A stretch of DNA of 64,000 nt from an uncultured Chloroflexia bacterium (GCA_963765765.1 CAVXYC010000015.1:192001-256000), one strand, 5' to 3'. Shown: positions 42,348-53,122, counted from the first letter of the stretch. The notes: a model not told the origin generated them from the letters alone. Numbers and translations: made by a program.

Positions 42348-43229
42348 ATGAAGTACATGGGATTCAACGGATTGAAAACAGCAGCCCTGCTGGCAGTGCT
42401 CACGGCATTGCTCGTGTTGATTGGTGGGGTGCTCGGCGGACAGAGCGGCATGGTCATCGCCTTCGGCTTTGCCATCGTCATGAATATGGGCTCGTACTGG
42501 TTCTCGGACAAGATTGCGCTCAAAATGGCGGGTGCGCACGAGGTCACTGAGGAAGAGGCACCCCAGCTTTACTCGCTGATTCGTGAACTGACGGCATATG
42601 CCCGATTGCCAATGCCCCGTGTTGCCATGATGGAGGAGCTTGCGCCCAACGCGTTTGCCACGGGGCGGGATCCAAACCACGCGGTGGTGGCCGTCACTAC
42701 GGGCATCATGCAGATTCTGGATCGGCGGGAGCTGGCCGGGGTGCTGGCGCACGAGCTTGGCCATGTGAAGAATCGCGACATCCTTATTAGTTCCGTGGCC
42801 GCTACCGTGGCGGGCGCGATCACGATGTTGGCGAACATGGCGCAGTGGGCAATGATTTTCGGCGGCTTCCGCGGTAACAATGATGATGACGATGGTGGCG
42901 GAATTGGCGGCCTCGTGAGCGGCCTGGTGATGATCATTGTGGCACCCATCGCAGCGATGCTGATCCAGATGGCCATCTCGCGAGCACGCGAGTTCGGTGC
43001 CGATGAGGCTGGTGCGCGGATCCACGGAGATCCTCTCGCTCTTGCGTCGGCTCTGGAGAAGCTAGAAGCGGCGTCGGGTCGTGTTCCACTCCCTGTCAGC
43101 CCAGCCGCTTCGCATATGTTCATCGTCAAGCCTAATACGGGGTGGTCGATGCAGAATTTGTTCAGCACGCACCCGCCCATTCCGGAGCGCGTGGCGCGAC
43201 TGCGCCGAATGGCTGGTCTCCCCAGCTAA
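42348..43229 (+). CDS. htpX: Zinc metalloprotease HtpX
   Basis: [14 protein letters not shown] (HExxH), [17 protein letters not shown]. Confidence 0.95.
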   Translation: MKYMGFNGLKTAALLAVLTALLVLIGGVLGGQSGMVIAFGFAIVMNMGSYWFSDKIALKMAGAHEVTEEEAPQLYSLIRELTAYARLPMPRVAMMEELAPNAFATGRDPNHAVVAVTTGIMQILDRRELAGVLAHELGHVKNRDILISSVAATVAGAITMLANMAQWAMIFGGFRGNNDDDDGGGIGGLVSGLVMIIVAPIAAMLIQMAISRAREFGADEAGARIHGDPLALASALEKLEAASGRVPLPVSPAASHMFIVKPNTGWSMQNLFSTHPPIPERVARLRRMAGLPS

Positions 43230-43252
43230 TCTGAACACCTCCTCTCCTTCGC

Positions 43253-43288
43253 AAACGGGCTGCCTTCCGCCAAGGCAGCCCGTTTTCT
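43253..43288 (+). terminator. Intrinsic terminator after htpX
   Basis: aaacgggctgcctt-ccgcc-aaggcagcccgttt followed by tct. Confidence 0.8.
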
Positions 43289-43516
43289 ATGTCCGGTATT
43301 TCTTGGCTCAGGATGCGTGGGCTGGCACCAGCGGCCAAGTCGTTCGTCGTGCGGAATCTATTCGGTCGTCCTCCGTGACATTCCAGTCCGTAACTCTGAC
43401 CGGGCTCCTAACCGCGACGGCCGCTGCTCTGCAGGCCAGGCACGACCCTCGTAAGGTGAAGCCCTCGCCCCATTCCATCTCCATTGCTACGACGGCTCTT
43501 GAGGAGGTGGTGAGAC

Positions 43517-44437
43517 ATGGCTGATCTGCCGCGATTGGGATTCATTGGACTGGGACGGATGGGAGGGCCGATGTGCGATCGGCTTCTCGATGCCGGTTAC
43601 AGCATCACGGTCTACGATCTTCGCGCCGAGTCAACGGAAGGCCCGATCGCGAAGGGCGCGAATGATGTCAGCAGCCCGGCGGAGCTCACAGTCGCGTCTG
43701 ACGTCGTCATAACCATCGTGCCCGACCCGCTGGCTGTCGAGGCAATCATGAACGGTGAAGTTGGTGTGCTCAGCGCGCTGGGCGCCGGGCAAGTCCTTCT
43801 CGAGATGACTACGTCGGCACCGCTGCTCACGCGTCGGATCGCGGCTGATGTCGCGGATCCTGGTGCGCGGATGCTCGATGCTCCAGTGAGCGGTGGGGTC
43901 CGCGGTGCGGAGTCGGGCAAGCTGGTGGTGATGGTTGGTGGTGACGTGGACCTGCTCGAAGAATGCCGCCCGATCTTCGAGCACATTGGCAGCTACATTG
44001 TTCACGCGGGTCCCAATTCGGGCGACGGGCATACAGCGAAGCTCATGAATAATCTGCTCTCGGCGACCGGGCTTCTGGCCTCGGCCGAAGTCTTCGCTCT
44101 CGGCATGCGTGCCGGTCTGGATCCAGAGCGTTTGACCGACATCATCAACCACTCGACGGGAAAGACCTACTCCACAGAAGTCAAGTTTCCTCGCAATATC
44201 TTCACCGGAACGTATAACGCCGGATTCACGGTGGCACAGTACCTGAAGGACGTGAATCTGGCCCAGGACCTCGCCGACGCGCTGCGCGCGCCGATCCCTA
44301 TGGGTGCGCTTGCAAAACAGATCTGGCTGTCTATCATCAGTCGCGAGGGGTCCGATCTCGATCACACCGCCGCGGTGCGCTCAGTCGCCCGTCTAGCGGG
44401 TGTGGACGACGAGTCGTTGACTCCCAACAAGAGCTAA
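43517..44437 (+). CDS. 3-hydroxyisobutyrate dehydrogenase-family NAD(P)-dependent oxidoreductase
   Basis: GFIGLGRMG, LDAPVSGG, AKLMNN, KDVNLA. Confidence 0.9.
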   Translation: MADLPRLGFIGLGRMGGPMCDRLLDAGYSITVYDLRAESTEGPIAKGANDVSSPAELTVASDVVITIVPDPLAVEAIMNGEVGVLSALGAGQVLLEMTTSAPLLTRRIAADVADPGARMLDAPVSGGVRGAESGKLVVMVGGDVDLLEECRPIFEHIGSYIVHAGPNSGDGHTAKLMNNLLSATGLLASAEVFALGMRAGLDPERLTDIINHSTGKTYSTEVKFPRNIFTGTYNAGFTVAQYLKDVNLAQDLADALRAPIPMGALAKQIWLSIISREGSDLDHTAAVRSVARLAGVDDESLTPNKS

Positions 44438-44702
44438 GTCTCGCGGCGGTTACATCGTGGCCACCCAGCTTCCGAGTCGCTTCTCGTAAGCGCGGTTGCT
44501 CCGCCAAGATTGCGGCTTCGAAAGCACCCCAAGCTCGGAGGCTGGTTGATAGATGTGGTCGCGTTCCGGGTTGCTCGCGAGAAGCACCGCACGCTCACGG
44601 AATACAGTTCTGGTTGGCACTCCGGCGAATTGTGGCACTTCAATAGATTTGCCCTAGGACTCAATTCGGCTCGGCCATCGCCGGTCGGGTTATGGTTAAC
44701 AA

Positions 44703-47700
44703 ATGACTCGTCCCCTCGAGCGATTTCACCCGTCCGTACAGGAGTGGTTTAGAGAGTCGTTCAGCGAGCCCACGCGGGCGCAGGAGCTTGGCTGGCCGGA
44801 GATTCAGGCCGGTAACTCTTCGCTGATCTTCGCCCCAACTGGATCGGGCAAGACGCTCGCGGCGTTCATGACGGCCATTGATCGGCTTATCTTTACACCT
44901 GAGCCTGCGAAGTCGCAGCGTTGTCGGGTGCTGTACGTGTCGCCGCTTAGAGCGCTCGCGGTGGATGTTGAGCGAAATCTGCGTGCGCCACTGATCGGCA
45001 TCACCCGCGTTGCCGATCGCACTGCAGCTCCGTACCGTCGACTGGATGTCGCTATCCGAACGGGTGACACCGCCTCTGTGGATCGAGCACGAATCGCGCG
45101 AACACCACCCGACATGCTCATTACCACGCCTGAGTCACTCTTCCTTATGCTCACGTCGAATGCGCGCTCGGTACTCGCATCGGTGGAAGTGGTCATCGTC
45201 GATGAGATTCACGTTTTGGTTGGAACCAAACGCGGCGCGCACCTGGCGTTGACATTAGAGCGACTGGAGGAGCTTGGCTCAAAGCCGATCCAACGCCTCG
45301 GTCTTTCCGCCACACAGCGGCCCCTCGAAGAGGTTGCACGATACCTTGGCGGCGGTGACGGCTCCGATCCGTGGCGCGCACGACCAGTCAGCATCGTGGA
45401 CGCTGGGGCACGAAAGTCGTTCGACCTTCGAGTGGAGGTGCCCGTTCAGGATATGGCCCGGCTCGGCGAGCCATTGAGTTTTGACGATGAAGAGTTCCCC
45501 GAGGGGCCCGCCGCGGCCGTGCGTCGACGGTCCATCTGGCCGGCGATTCATCCTCGACTGCTGGAGCTGATTCAGCAGCATCGTTCCACTATCGTCTTCG
45601 CCAACAGCCGCCGCCTCTCTGAGCGGCTTGCCGGGGCACTGAACGAGCTTGCTGAGGAGGAGCTCGTTCGCGCGCATCATGGATCGATCGCGCGCGAACA
45701 GCGGCTGGAAATCGAAGATGGACTGAAGGCCGGCCGATTACCGGCCATCATTGCGACCTCGTCCCTAGAGCTCGGAATCGACATGGGCGCGGTGGACCTG
45801 GTGGTGCAGATCGAGACCCCGCCCTCGGTTGCGAGCGGTATGCAGCGCATTGGCCGCGCCAGCCATCAGGTGGAGGCCACGTCTCGCGGTGTCATTTTCC
45901 CCAAATACCGAGGCGACCTGCTGGCCACGGCTGCGATCACGCGGTCCATGATGGATGGAGCCGTGGAGCCGGTCCACGTACCTGCGAACCCGTTGGATGT
46001 GCTGGCGCAGCAGATCGTAGCGATCTGCGCGATGGACGAGCGCCCCGTGGAGGAAGTCTTCGACCTGGTGCGCCGTACTGCATCATTCAGCACATTGCCG
46101 CGGTCGCAATTCGAAGGCGTGCTCGACATGCTCTCCGGTCGGTATCCGTCCGATGACTTTGCTGAACTGCGACCTCGCCTGGTCTGGGACCGAGTGCTGA
46201 ATCGTGTACGCGCTCGCGACGGGGCGAAGAGGTTGGTCATCGCCAACGCCGGGACGATTCCCGATCGTGGGCTCTACGGTGTATTCCTCGCGGGTGCTGA
46301 AGGAACGGGCGGCCATCGTGTCGGCGAGCTCGACGAAGAAATGGTTTTTGAAACCCATCCCGGCGACGTCTTCATTCTGGGGGCCTCGAGCTGGCGTGTC
46401 GTTGACATCACTCGTGACCGCGTACTGGTAGAGCCCGCTCCTGGTGAGCCGGGCCGCATGCCCTTCTGGAAGGGTGACCAGGTTCCGCGCCCCATCCAGC
46501 TTGGTGAGAGTATCGCGCGGCTTACAGCTGAGGTTGGAGCTGCCCCGCCGGATGTGGCGCTAAAGAGGCTTGTGACGGACCACGCTCTCGATCCCAACGC
46601 CGCCGAGAATTTGCTCGCGTACATCGCCGATCAACGTGCATGGGCCGGATATGCGCCCGATCATCAGACCATTGTGGTTGAACGCATGCGCGACGAGCTG
46701 GGTGACTGGCGCGTCTGCATCCTGTCCCCATGGGGCGGACGTGTCAATGCGCCCTGGGCCATGGCGATCCAGGCGCGGTTGCGCACGAGTGAGCAGGTGG
46801 AGGTCTCGACAGTTTGGAGCGATGACGGAATCGTGGTCAGACTTCCCGATCGTGAGAACCCACCCGATGGGATGAGTCTGCTCCCCGATCCGGATGAGAT
46901 CGAACAGCTCGTCGTGCGGGAGCTCGGCGGCACGGCACTCTTTGCCGGCCGATTCAGGGAGGCGGCCGGACGGGCATTGTTGCTCCCGCGCCGTCGCCCA
47001 GGTCAGCGCTCTCCGTTATGGATGCAGCGCAAGCGGTCGGCTGACCTCTTGAATGTGGCCGCTCGATATGGGTCGTTTCCGATGATTCTGGAGACGTTCA
47101 GAGAGTGCTTGCAGGACGTGTTCGACGTGCCTGCTTTCATTGACCTGGTGCGGAAGATAGAACGTCGAGAGATCCGGATTGTCACGGTTGACTCCGAAGG
47201 ACCATCGCCGTTCAGCTCCGCTCTGCTCTTCAACTACGCCGCGAATTACCTCTACGATGGAGACGCGCCCCTTGCCGAGCGGCGGGCTCAGGCGCTCACG
47301 ATTGACTTTGCGCAGCTCCGCGAGCTGCTGGGGGAGGCCCAGCTTCGTGATCTGCTGGATCCCGAGGCGGTAGCGGAAGTTGAGCTCGGTCTCCAGTCGC
47401 TCGTTGGCTCGCGCCGAGCGCGGTCACTCGATGGGCTGCACGACCTGCTACTGCGTCTGGGCGACCTCTCTCGGGATGAGATTCTCGCGCGAACCGACCC
47501 GGAGCTCGATGCCGGCGATCGTCTGGACGACTGGCTGGAGCAGTTGAAGGGTGAGCGCCGAGCTCTCTGCATCACGATTGGCGGCGATGAGCGCTTCGTG
47601 GCCGCGGAAGACGCAGCGCGATACCGAGATGCGCTCGGAGTAGCACTGCCTCTTGGCCTCCCCCAGGCATTCCTTACGTCTTCGGAGCGCCCCCTCCTGG

Positions 47701-49233
47701 ATCTGGTCGCGCGGTATGCCCGCACGCACGGTCCTTTTCAGACGATCGATGTAGCAAACCGGTTTCGTATGGGGGAGGCGACGGTAGTCATGGCGTTGAC
47801 CATGCTTCGCGAAAGCGGACGCCTCCTGGACGGCGAGTTTCGACCCGGGCAATCGGGTCAGGAATGGTGTGATCCCGAGGTGCTGGGCTCCCTCCGGCGC
47901 CGCTCACTTGCGAGGCTGCGCAAGCAGATCGAGCCCGCTTCGCCGGGGGCCTACGCCCGCCTTATTCTCGACTGGCAGGGCGTCACCACCAAAGGTCCCG
48001 GACCTGTTGGTGCTGATGCGCTCCTTGATGTCGTGGAACAGCTTCAAGGAGCGGTGCTTCCGGCTTCTGTGCTCGAGTCGGAGATTCTTCCGGCGCGGTT
48101 GCCGCGATACCAGAGGCGCGACCTCGATGAGCTGTGCGCGGCGGGTGAAGTGATCTGGGTGGGGCGTGGTGCGCTGGGTGAGCGCGATGGGCGAGTGTCC
48201 TTGTACCTGCCAGGAACCTTAGGCCTTCTTTCACCGGCGGACATCGAGCCGCTGGAGGGAGAGCAATTTGATCGAGTGCGCGGCTTCCTTGGTCAGTATG
48301 GCGCCAGCTTTTACCATGATCTGGATCACACCCTGGATGGATTCGTGGGCAGAGAACTGTTGGACACGCTCTGGGCGCTCATTTGGAACGGGGAGATCGT
48401 GAATGACTCGCCTTCCGCGTTGCGCGCCTACCTCACACCACCGCGCCCCCAGACGGGAAGACGAAATCGGCGGCCGCTGGCGTTCAGGTCCCGCCGTCTC
48501 GCGCCGCCGAGCTCGGTGGGGCGTTGGAGTCTTCGTCCGTTGGCAAGGAACGGAGCTACGGTGACAGCGACCGAGCGGGTCGCAGGGCTGGTGGAGCAGC
48601 TTCTGGATCGATACGGGATCCTGACGCGATCGGCCGTTGTCGCTGAAGCGATTCAGGGAGGATTTACTTCCGTTTACTCGGTATTGCGCGCGATGGAGGA
48701 AGCCGGCAAGTTGCGGCGCGGGTATTTCATCGAGGGACTTGGCGGATCTCAATTCGCTCAGCCGCCCGCACTCGATCGTCTTCGATCTCTGCGCGAGGGG
48801 GCTACCGAGCGAGTTGATCTGCGCGCCCTCGTGCTGGCGGCTTCTGACCCCGCAAACCCGTATGGTGGTGTGCTGCCATGGCCCAAATCGTCGGAGGCGC
48901 GTACGCCCTTCAGCCGGGCCGCGGGTGCATACGTGGTTCTATTTGACGGAGAGCTGGTCGGATATATAGGTCGCGGCGAACGCACGATATTGACTGTGCT
49001 TCCCGACTATGAGCCAGGGCGATCCGAAATGCTGCGCGCCATTGGCGCAGGTCTTGCCGCCTGGGCGACTGCGCGAGGGCAGTATCAACCCGGATGGCAA
49101 ACCGTCGACGGGGTGTCAATCATGCAAAGCGCTCTCGGCGCCTACCTGCGCGAGGCAGGGTTTGTCCCGTCTGGCCCCGGCCTTCGCCTCGCGATCCGGC
49201 CGCGCGCCTGCGGCTGTGGGGGAACATGCCTGA
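44703..49233 (+). CDS. lhr: Long helicase-related (Lhr) ATP-dependent DNA helicase with full C-terminal domain
   Basis: APTGSGKT, DEIH, GLSAT, HHGS, QRIGRA, GELDEE, RRGYF.EGLGGSQF, ASDPANPYG. The true stop is probably TGA 49233 overlapping the nei start, with a frameshift near 49190. Confidence 0.93.
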
Positions 49234-50044
49234 GGGGGACACGATCTGGCGCACCGCCGCCACCTTGCGTCCAGCTCTGCTTGGACAGCCGATCACCGCG
49301 TTCAAGTCATCGCTACGTCAGGTTTCAGACGCCGCGGAAACCCTGAGTGTCATCGGGAGTGTGCTGGAGTCTATTGATACCATGGGAAAGCATCTGTTGA
49401 TGCGCTTCTCATCCGGTGCAACCCTTCGCACTCACATGCAAATGACGGGAAGCTGGCACCTCTATCGACTGGGAAGTCGCTGGCAGAAACCCTCGCGCCT
49501 TGCCGTGGTGGTCATAGAGGTCCCGCGAGCGGTGGCCGTTTGTTTCAGCGCGCCGATTGTGGAGCTCCGTGCCACGGCAAATCCCAACTGCCTGGACGGC
49601 GTGCGGCACCTGGGCCCGGATGTGCTGGATCCGTCTTTTGATCTGGAACAGGCGCTGGGCCGATTACGAGATCGTGAGAACGAAGAGATCGCGGTGGCGC
49701 TGCTCGACCAATCGGCGCTTGCCGGCATCGGCAACATATATAAGTCCGAAGTTCTCTTTCTCTCCGGCGTGTCGCCGTTCACGCATGTTCGCGATCTCGA
49801 TGACGTTGCGCTAAAGCGCATCGTCGAGACAGCGGTTCGCCAGATGCGTCGCAATTTGACTACGGACTTGCGTCGAACGACCAGTTCGGACGCGCCTCGC
49901 CGTCATTGGGTGTACGGCCGCACCGGCCGATCGTGCCAGCGCTGCGGGACCACGATTCAGCGACGACTCCAGGGGCTTCAGGCCCGAGCGACGTTCTGGT
50001 GCGCGACGTGCCAGCCGGCTTTAGCGCCTGCACAGACTCCTTAG
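49226..50044 (+). CDS. nei: Fpg/Nei family DNA glycosylase (endonuclease VIII-like)
   Basis: MPEG start, GKHL, H2TH motif LLDQ..AGIGNIY, zinc finger CQRC...CATCQ. Confidence 0.93.
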   Translation: MPEGDTIWRTAATLRPALLGQPITAFKSSLRQVSDAAETLSVIGSVLESIDTMGKHLLMRFSSGATLRTHMQMTGSWHLYRLGSRWQKPSRLAVVVIEVPRAVAVCFSAPIVELRATANPNCLDGVRHLGPDVLDPSFDLEQALGRLRDRENEEIAVALLDQSALAGIGNIYKSEVLFLSGVSPFTHVRDLDDVALKRIVETAVRQMRRNLTTDLRRTTSSDAPRRHWVYGRTGRSCQRCGTTIQRRLQGLQARATFWCATCQPALAPAQTP

Positions 50045-50119
50045 CGCCCTCCCGCGAGAGCGCCCTCCCGCGAGCTCTCGGGGCTACGAGGTTGAATGCA
50101 GTTTGCGCCGTCGCTAACT

Positions 50120-50602
50120 TTAGAGCCATCGCCGAACGCGCCGTTTATAGTCCTCGTACTCAGAGCCGTAGGCGTCTTGCAGTGCGGCTTCCTCGAATGC
50201 GATCTGACCACGTGAGAGTATTATTGCGAACACTAACGGACTGAGCAGCGTCGGAATCGAGCCGCGAATCAAGCCAGTGCCGAGCAGGATGAGCATGCTC
50301 CCCGCGTACATCGGATTTCGCGATAGGGCGTAGGGACCATCAGAAACGAATCCCGATGGCTGATGCCAGGGGCTGGGACTCACATCACGTTTCTTGAAAT
50401 GCAGGAATCCCCAAACGCTCATACCAATGCCCGCCGCGATTGCCCCAACGCCGATAGGCCTGATCCAGCGAGGCAGAATCCGTTTTGGACCAAAAACGCG
50501 ATCCAGAACATAGGCGGCAAGGCCCGTAAGCCCGGCGATTGCCGGGGGCGGCATGACGGGCGCGGCTGGATCGCGACTACTGAAGGAATGCGCATGGGAC
50601 AT
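50120..50602 (-). CDS. Isoprenylcysteine carboxylmethyltransferase/PEMT-family membrane protein
   Basis: GPYALSRNPMY, EEAAL...YG..Y..YKRRVRRWL. Confidence 0.85.
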   Translation of the reverse strand: MSHAHSFSSRDPAAPVMPPPAIAGLTGLAAYVLDRVFGPKRILPRWIRPIGVGAIAAGIGMSVWGFLHFKKRDVSPSPWHQPSGFVSDGPYALSRNPMYAGSMLILLGTGLIRGSIPTLLSPLVFAIILSRGQIAFEEAALQDAYGSEYEDYKRRVRRWL

Positions 50603-50759
50603 ATGGATGGCTTCTTTCAACGGTCGGTCTATCCATTCAGACGCTGACGAAGGTGACGGATTGCGATCGTGGGGCCCTGTCTTCAGCCGAACGATCAACT
50701 AGGCAAGTAGCAATGGAACGCTCGATTCGGGGATTGTATGATTCATCCCAATCTATCTC

Positions 50760-51356
50760 ATGTCTGATCAACTCCCAGAGTCCCCCAGGGTCGCGGTCAC
50801 ACACTGGCAGTCTCGTTGGGGATACTCTGTGACAACCTCCCTCTATTCAATTGAGGGTCAGCGAGTCATTGTTCTCCAACACGGTAGTGTCTCGCCAGAT
50901 GGCGCGCCGCTCGTACGGATTCATAGCGCCTGCATTACCAGCGAGTCACTCGGCTCCCTGCGATGTGACTGTGAGCAACAGCTCGATTCGTCAATGGAGC
51001 TCATTGGTCTCGAAGGGGCAGGGCTCCTCCTTTATTTTCCGGATCACGAGGGACGGGGGATTGGCCTGGAAGACAAGCTGCTGGCTTACGCACTTCAAGA
51101 TGAAGGCCACGATACCACGTCGGCAAATCTGGCACTGGGTCATCCCGCTGATGCTCGCAATTATGCGCCGGCATCGCGAATTCTCACACTGCTTGGCGTC
51201 ACCAGGGTCCGACTGCTCACCAACAATCCGATGAAGATCGACACGCTCATTGAAGCCGGGCTTTCTGTTGAGCGATTGCCACTGTGGGTTGATGCATCAC
51301 CGGAGGCAGAGAGCTACCTGCGCCATAAGCGTGCGGCGATGGCACATCTGGACTAG
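50760..51356 (+). CDS. ribA: Stand-alone GTP cyclohydrolase II
   Basis: VRIHSAC...LRCDC, EGRGIGL, AYALQD, RLLTNNP. Confidence 0.88.
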   Translation: MSDQLPESPRVAVTHWQSRWGYSVTTSLYSIEGQRVIVLQHGSVSPDGAPLVRIHSACITSESLGSLRCDCEQQLDSSMELIGLEGAGLLLYFPDHEGRGIGLEDKLLAYALQDEGHDTTSANLALGHPADARNYAPASRILTLLGVTRVRLLTNNPMKIDTLIEAGLSVERLPLWVDASPEAESYLRHKRAAMAHLD

Positions 51357-51365
51357 GGTTACGGA

Positions 51366-51551
51366 TTGCGGGCGATTCACATCCCGGGGCGCGGTATGCT
51401 CCATCGCGCTCCCATCACCCATGTTGCGTTCTCGAGACTCAGTGGTGAGCTAGCGACGAGCTCCTACGATGGGACAACGGTTGTGTGGCGGGCGTCGGCG
51501 GACGGCGAGCTGAAGCTTAGAGCTCGATTGAAACATCGTCGCCTGGTGTAG
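51366..51551 (+). pseudogene. Truncated WD40-repeat protein (ToxC-like N-terminus)
   Basis: HRAPITHVAFS...LATSSYDGTTVVW...HRRLV*: one WD40 blade, then a stop. Confidence 0.6.
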
Positions 51552-51591
51552 TGACGAAATCCCAACTATCCAGGTGCTCCCCATCGCATGG

Positions 51592-52831
51592 CAGGGTCTT
51601 TTCGTTGTTCGATTGTGACGATGGGGCCACGAAGGAAGGAGAGTCGAGCGGCGTAGGCTGGGGATCTCCCCTCTAGCGAGGTGGGGAATTCTCCGGGAGG
51701 GGACGCATGGACGCGGCCATTCCATCGTTACTCGAAGCCTTGGCCCCGGTGCCGGATTCACGCCATCGCCGCGGCTGCCGGTACTCCGTGGCGACGATCT
51801 TGACGTTCGCCGTGTGCGCCATGGTGTCGGGGGCCCGCAGCTTGTATGCGATCGCCCAGTGGGGGCGGGATCAGGGCTCGGCCGAGATCCGCGGGGCGTT
51901 CGGCATCACCCGGGCCACCACCCCGAGCGTGGCGACGGTGTTTCGGGTCTTTCGCGATCTCGACCGCGACGCCTTCGAACGGGTGCTGGCCGAGTGGGCC
52001 CGCGTCCAGGGGGCCGTTTCCACGGGGGCGGTGGCGCTGGACGGCAAGCACCTCCGCGGGATCCACGGCGAACAGATTCCGGGCGTGTATCTGGTGGCCG
52101 CCTTCGCGCATCGGGATGGGCAGGTGCTGGGCCAAAAAGGGGGACGCTGAAGGAGCACGAGCTCCGCCTGGCGGAGGCGCTGCTGGCCGATCTCGACCTC
52201 CACGGCGTCACGGTCACCGGTGACGCCCAATTTTGCCAGCGCGCCCTGAGTCATCAGGTGGTCGCGGCGGGCGGCGCGTATTTCTGGGCGGTCAAAGACA
52301 ACCAGCACCGGCTCTGGAAGCGTTGGTGGCGCTGTTTACCCTGGAGCCCCCACCCGGTGTGATGTTCGCTCGGGCGGTGCAGCGCGGCCTGCACGGCGAT
52401 CGGCAGGAAGAGCGCACGCTGCGGACCTCGACGCTCCTGAACGACTACCTCGATTGGCCGCATGTGGCTCAGGTCTGCACCATTGAACGGGTCGTCACGC
52501 GGCACGGGCGGACCACCCGGGAAGCCGGGTATGCGCTAACGAGTCTCCACCCGGATCAGGCCGACGCCACCAGCCTGGCCGCCCTTTGGCGGGGCCATTG
52601 GGGCATCGAGAATCTGTTTGCATTGGGTGCGCGACGTCACCTTCGATGAAGATCGCAGCCAGATTCGCACGGGCCATGCGCCCCAGGTCGTGGCCGCCCT
52701 GCGCAATACCGCCATCGGGATCCTGCGCCGCGCCGGCCATACCAACATCGCGGCGGCACTGCGCACCTATGCCGCCAGGCTGCTCGCCATATTGGCGCTC
52801 ACCGGACTCACGTGACAATGAAAAGACCCTG
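51592..52831 (+). mobile_element. Complete ISAs1-family insertion sequence (1240 bp)
   Basis: TIRs cagggtcttttcgttgt / acaatgaaaagaccctg, 10-bp TSD catcgcatgg (51582-51591 / 52832-52841), DDE transposase inside. Confidence 0.93.
51707..52815 (+). CDS. ISAs1-family transposase, split at an A5G5 site plus two probable indel errors
   Basis: [56 protein letters not shown]. Confidence 0.9.
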
Positions 52832-52849
52832 CATCGCATGGGATCAAGC

Positions 52850-52878
52850 TTGACCATGAACGTCAAGAATCCTATAGT
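52850..52878 (+). promoter_or_regulatory. Sigma70 promoter of the riboflavin operon
   Basis: TTGACC-N17-TATAGT immediately upstream of the riboswitch. Confidence 0.7.
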
Positions 52879-52900
52879 AGAATCACAAAACAATAACTGA

Positions 52901-53059
52901 TGTCCTTCAGGGCAGGGTGAGTTTGCGAAAGCAATCAATTCCCGACCGGCGGTAACGCTTACATCGCGTGAGCGGAGCCCGCGAGCCTTCAACATACGTT
53001 GTTGGCAGATCCGGTTTAATTCCGGAGCCGACGGTACAGTCCGGATGGGAGAAGGCACA
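52901..53059 (+). ncRNA. FMN riboswitch (RFN element)
   Basis: cagggcagggtga...aattcccgaccggcggt...agcccgcga...gcagatccggt..aattccggagccgacggtacagtccggatgggagaag, upstream of rib genes. Confidence 0.95.
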
Positions 53060-53070
53060 TGGTCCGCTCT

Positions 53071-53105
53071 GGCAACAGGCCGCCTTGTGTCTGGTTGCCT
53101 TTTTT
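53071..53105 (+). terminator. Riboswitch expression-platform terminator
   Basis: ggcaac...gttgcc hairpin followed by a T tract, before the ribD RBS. Confidence 0.7.
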
Positions 53106-53122
53106 GTTGGGGCGGAGGCCAC

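Noticed and set aside
44600-44660. Two tggcac sites upstream of lhr as sigma54 promoters
   Set aside because: Neither has GC at the required 10-nt spacing.
51366-51592. WD40 gene disrupted by the IS insertion
   Set aside because: The stop precedes the IS, the TSD is intact, and no WD40 continuation follows the IS.
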